A DNA stretch of 64,000 nucleotides, taken from the IMG/VR virus record IMGVR_UViG_2974521131_000001, positions 1 through 64,000 of that record, one strand, 5' to 3'. Position numbers and translations under genes: made by a program. Origin of the DNA: a virus. Lineage: Duplodnaviria > Caudoviricetes. Shown one piece after another: positions 61,425 to 64,000 of the stretch (the first letter of the stretch is position 1; each line of letters opens with the position of its first letter). The notes below the pieces were generated by a model, which did not search any database, was not told the DNA's origin, and was given only the letters and a program-made list of their open reading frames with translations.

Positions 61425-61499
61425 GGGGTATTCATCTAGTCTGGCTCAGGATGCGACACTTCCACTGTCGTCACGAGGGTTCGAATCCTTCATACCTCA
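61425..61499 (+). tRNA. tRNA-Gly(TCC)
   Basis: CGACA-CTTCCAC-TGTCG; A73. Confidence 0.85.
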
Positions 61500-61562
61500 C
61501 GAGGCGTCTCGCCCTCTAACGCAAAGCGGCCTAAGTCGCGATAGCCGTTGCGAGACAACTAA

Positions 61563-61634
61563 TCGGGATTAGCTCAGTGGAAGAGCGGCTGGTTTACACC
61601 CAGCGCGTGGGGAGTTCGATTCTCTCATTCCGAA
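61563..61634 (+). tRNA. tRNA-Val(TAC)
   Basis: GCTGG-TTTACAC-CCAGC; A73. Confidence 0.88.
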
Positions 61635-61695
61635 CGTCGACCTGACGAGGTCACCGGGGACCGGGTACCCGGCTTAGCGGCAAACACCCGTCCAG

Positions 61696-61773
61696 GCTGG
61701 ATTTGCTCATGTTGGCTTGAGCACCTACCTAGTAAGTAGGAGTACGTCGGTTCGATTCCGACATCCAGCCCCA
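61696..61773 (+). tRNA. tRNA-Thr(AGT)
   Basis: CCTAC-CTAGTAA-GTAGG; G at -1, C73, encoded CCA. Confidence 0.82.
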
Positions 61774-61852
61774 TGCCCTGTTCGTCTAACGGCAGGATTC
61801 CTGGGAGTTGGTCCCAGGGGATGGAGGTATCGAATCCTCCACGGGGCATCCA
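61774..61852 (+). tRNA. tRNA-Gln(TTG), atypical loops
   Basis: CCTGGG-AGTTGGT-CCCAGG (G33); 8-nt T loop; encoded CCA. Confidence 0.65.
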
Positions 61853-61854
61853 AT

Positions 61855-61927
61855 GGGGGTGCATGTTCCTTGGGGGCGACGGATCCTTGCAAGATCTGTG
61901 TGGTGGGTTCAATTCCCATCATCTCCA
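61855..61927 (+). tRNA. tRNA-Ala(TGC)
   Basis: G3:U70, A73, CTTGCAA loop. Confidence 0.88.
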
Positions 61928-62050
61928 CGGCGGGTGCGGGCTGTCAGATAACCAATGCTGGCCCGCACCCGACCCAGTATGCAGATCGTAGTCTGTAAGG
62001 GTACGAAATGCATACTCACACATAATAGGTCGCGTAGGCGACCATTTAAT

Positions 62051-62123
62051 CCCGATGTCATCTAGTGGCCTAGGATGCCGCCCTGTCGAGGCGGTCACGC
62101 GAGTTCAAATCTCGTCGTCGGGA
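62051..62123 (+). tRNA. tRNA-Asp(GTC)
   Basis: CCGCC-CTGTCGA-GGCGG; A73. Confidence 0.85.
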
Positions 62124-62183
62124 CGGTAGTTTGCGGTGATCTAGATGGCGATGAGCGTTAGCCTCGCCATCGAAAACCGCTCT

Positions 62184-62254
62184 GGTTCATTGGTGTAATG
62201 GCAGCATCCCAGGTTCTCAACCTGTAGGCAGGGGATCGTAACCCCTATGAACTA
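62184..62254 (+). tRNA. tRNA-Glu(CTC)
   Basis: TTCTCAA loop; T loop ATCGTAA. Confidence 0.75.
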
Positions 62255-62258
62255 CGCA

Positions 62259-62303
62259 AGGCCCTCCCTCCGTCCAAGCAGTGGCGGTTGGGGGGCCTTT
62301 TTT
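62259..62303 (+). terminator. Intrinsic terminator ending the RNA island
   Basis: AAGGCCCTCC...GGGGGGCCTT followed by T tract. Confidence 0.85.
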
Positions 62304-62307
62304 GTGC

Positions 62308-62339
62308 CCTGACCAGCGATTACAGGATCGTGGGATTCT
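62308..62339 (+). promoter_or_regulatory. CCTGACCWGCGAWTACAGGATCG repeat, copy 2
   Basis: Matches 40067-40089; followed 3 nt later by GATTCT, then GTG 7 nt on. Confidence 0.55.
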
Positions 62340-62346
62340 ACTCGTT

Positions 62347-62781
62347 GTGAGCATGAAGAAAGCATTGATCGCGATTCCCGTTGCGGCACTGGCCAGTTCG
62401 GTGCTGCTGGTGGGATGTGGTGACACCACCATCTCCTGCGAGTCGATGAGCAGCGTTGCGCTGCAGTCGATTGAATACCCGCTGCCCCTCAAGCCTGGTG
62501 GCGGCGGTGGTACCGGTGGCCGTGGAGGCTCGAGCGGTGGCAGCCGCAGTGGCGGTTCCTATGGTGGGAGCAAGCCGAAGCCTGCCGCACCGCGTCCTCA
62601 GCCGAAGCCTGCGAAGCCCCCGCAGTCGGGCAACACCACGATCATCAACCATCCTCCCGGTTATCGGGACCGTGGCGGATCCGATCCCATGATGCCGTTC
62701 ATTGGTGGCCTGCTGGTTGGTGACGCACTGTCCGACGGCGGCGGTGGCAACCATGGCGGCGGCAACGGCGGTCACTGCTGA
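62347..62781 (+). CDS. Gly/Pro-rich lipoprotein
   Basis: Lipobox LVGC; start 62347 (GTG) or 62353 (ATG). Confidence 0.75.
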   Translation: MSMKKALIAIPVAALASSVLLVGCGDTTISCESMSSVALQSIEYPLPLKPGGGGGTGGRGGSSGGSRSGGSYGGSKPKPAAPRPQPKPAKPPQSGNTTIINHPPGYRDRGGSDPMMPFIGGLLVGDALSDGGGGNHGGGNGGHC

Positions 62782-62975
62782 TGCCCGCTCTCGGAGCCCT
62801 GGTCGTCAAGCCGTATCCCGGCCAGGAGATGTGGGTGCAGGCCCTCGCTGACGGCGACTACGAGGTCGGTGTGCAGTTCAACAAGAACCAGTACACGATG
62901 ATCGAAGTCAGCCGCGAGCAGTTGGAGCAGTTCTCCACGAACATCATTGCGGTTCTGCTCGATACGGGCCTGTGA
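62781..62975 (+). CDS. Hypothetical protein
   Basis: TGATG overlap. Confidence 0.7.
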   Translation: MPALGALVVKPYPGQEMWVQALADGDYEVGVQFNKNQYTMIEVSREQLEQFSTNIIAVLLDTGL

Positions 62976-63049
62976 ACCCGCTCGTCTTCATCATCGTCCT
63001 CTTCCTGATGGCCCTCGCACTGGCCATCCTCGTGAACGGAACTACATGA
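62972..63049 (+). CDS. 25-aa membrane peptide
   Basis: GTGA/ATGA overlaps; MNPLVFIIVLFLMALALAILVNGTT. Confidence 0.55.
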   Translation: MNPLVFIIVLFLMALALAILVNGTT

Positions 63050-64000
63050 GCACAACCCTTGCCCCGAAGGTCATCTCGTTCGCCAGCGAGATCGACCAGG
63101 CAACGATCGATCAGGCGAAGCAGATCGCGTCGATGCCGTTCGTCCACCCTCACTTGGCGCTGATGCCGGATGCCCACTCGGGCAAGGGGTCTGCTGTGGG
63201 GACGGTGATCCCGACGCTGGGTGCCGTGATCCCTGCTGCGGTGGGTGTGGACATCGGCTGCGGCATGATCGCGGTGAAGACCCGCTTCACGCTGCTGGAC
63301 ATCGATGAGCGCCGCCTACGCCTGGACGTTCTGCGTCGTCAGATCGAGGAAGCGATCCCGCTTTCACCCGGCAACTACAACTCGACGCTGTCGCGGTTCT
63401 CGTTCACCCGCAAGAAGCACGAGGAGCTGATCCAGCTCCAGCAGACGAACGACGTGGACCTGTCTCATTCACCGAAGTGGATGGAGCAGCTGGGCTCACT
63501 CGGCGGTGGTAACCACTTCATCGAGCTGTGCCTGGATGACGAAGACAACGTGTGGCTGTTCCTGCACAGCGGTTCTCGCGGTGTGGGTAACAAGATCGCC
63601 CAGGTCCACATCAAGGCTGCGCAGGCGTACTGCGAGGAGAAGCGTCAGACGGTTCCGCAGTCACGGTTCCACCTGCCCCACAAGGATCTGGCATTCCTTG
63701 AAGAGGGCACCATCCAGTTCGACTCGTACATCAAGGAACTCGAGTGGGCGCAGCGCTTCGCGATGCTGAACCGCGCCGAGATGATGGACCGCTACGTCGA
63801 GGTGTTCGCGTGGTGGATGGGCGTGCAGGCTCAGCGAGTCGAGCTGCAGCGCGTGAACACCCACCACAACTACACCGTGCCGACCGAGATCGACGGCGAG
63901 CGTGTGTGGTTGACGCGTAAGGGCGCTGTGGACGCCACTGAGGGCAAGCTGGGCATCATCCCCGGCTCCATGGGCACCCGGTCCTACATCGTGCGCGGTA
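63046..64000 (+). CDS. rtcB: RtcB RNA ligase (truncated at window end)
   Basis: MPDAH.GKG..VG, VGVDIGCGM, LGSLGGGNHFIEL, HSGSRG, HHNY, RKGA, PGSMG. Confidence 0.97.
   Translation, partial: MSTTLAPKVISFASEIDQATIDQAKQIASMPFVHPHLALMPDAHSGKGSAVGTVIPTLGAVIPAAVGVDIGCGMIAVKTRFTLLDIDERRLRLDVLRRQIEEAIPLSPGNYNSTLSRFSFTRKKHEELIQLQQTNDVDLSHSPKWMEQLGSLGGGNHFIELCLDDEDNVWLFLHSGSRGVGNKIAQVHIKAAQAYCEEKRQTVPQSRFHLPHKDLAFLEEGTIQFDSYIKELEWAQRFAMLNRAEMMDRYVEVFAWWMGVQAQRVELQRVNTHHNYTVPTEIDGERVWLTRKGAVDATEGKLGIIPGSMGTRSYIVRG

Noticed and set aside
57088-62254. Suppressor, Sec or Pyl tRNAs
   Set aside because: No CTA, TTA or TCA anticodon found in any cloverleaf I could fold
62308-62330. Leftward CCTGTAATC-class promoters at 62326 and 40085
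   Set aside because: No ANNNT hexamer at 16-17 nt on the minus strand; treated as a separate repeat class
57009-62500. Many 60-150 aa ORFs listed across the RNA island
   Set aside because: They overlap tRNA or tmRNA structure and lack codon bias; only three ORFs with coding signal were kept

Overview
The window is the left and central ~64 kb of a high-GC, long-tailed actinobacteriophage (siphovirus). Its layout most resembles what I recall of cluster M mycobacteriophages (very long tape measure, tmRNA, RtcB, near-complete tRNA set); this is inferred from architecture, not from a database search. Order: (1) leftward accessory genes at 0.2-4.8 kb, including an AT-richer Lsr2 cassette and paralogous lipoproteins. 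(2) Rightward virion operon at 4.9-31.1 kb: terminases, portal, MuF-like protein, scaffold, Ig-domain capsid and tail proteins, frameshifted tail chaperones, a 2267-aa tape measure and minor tail proteins. (3) Lysis genes (LysA, holin, LysB) and an NrdH-like glutaredoxin. (4) A leftward block at 34.5-38.9 kb with a cupin and an RlaP-like nucleotidyltransferase. (5) A divergent control region at 38.9-39.45 kb. (6) Rightward recombination, replication and regulatory genes: ERF, PD-(D/E)XK exonuclease, ClpP-like protease, HNHs, SSB, replication protein, DnaB, two WhiB-like proteins, resolvase, DUF5664 and a DnaQ-like exonuclease. (7) An RNA island at 56.9-62.3 kb with a tmRNA and about 26 tRNA genes covering all 20 amino acids, many atypical. 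(8) RtcB, truncated by the window end. No integrase, repressor, DNA polymerase or CRISPR array was recognised here. The most striking unexplained signals are two circularly permuted, anticodon-less tRNA-like modules (3' half before 5' half) inside a large ornate non-coding region next to the tmRNA, and a promoter class with CC-TGTAAT at the -35 position, 16-17 nt upstream of a (T/C)ANNNT hexamer, often driving leaderless genes.
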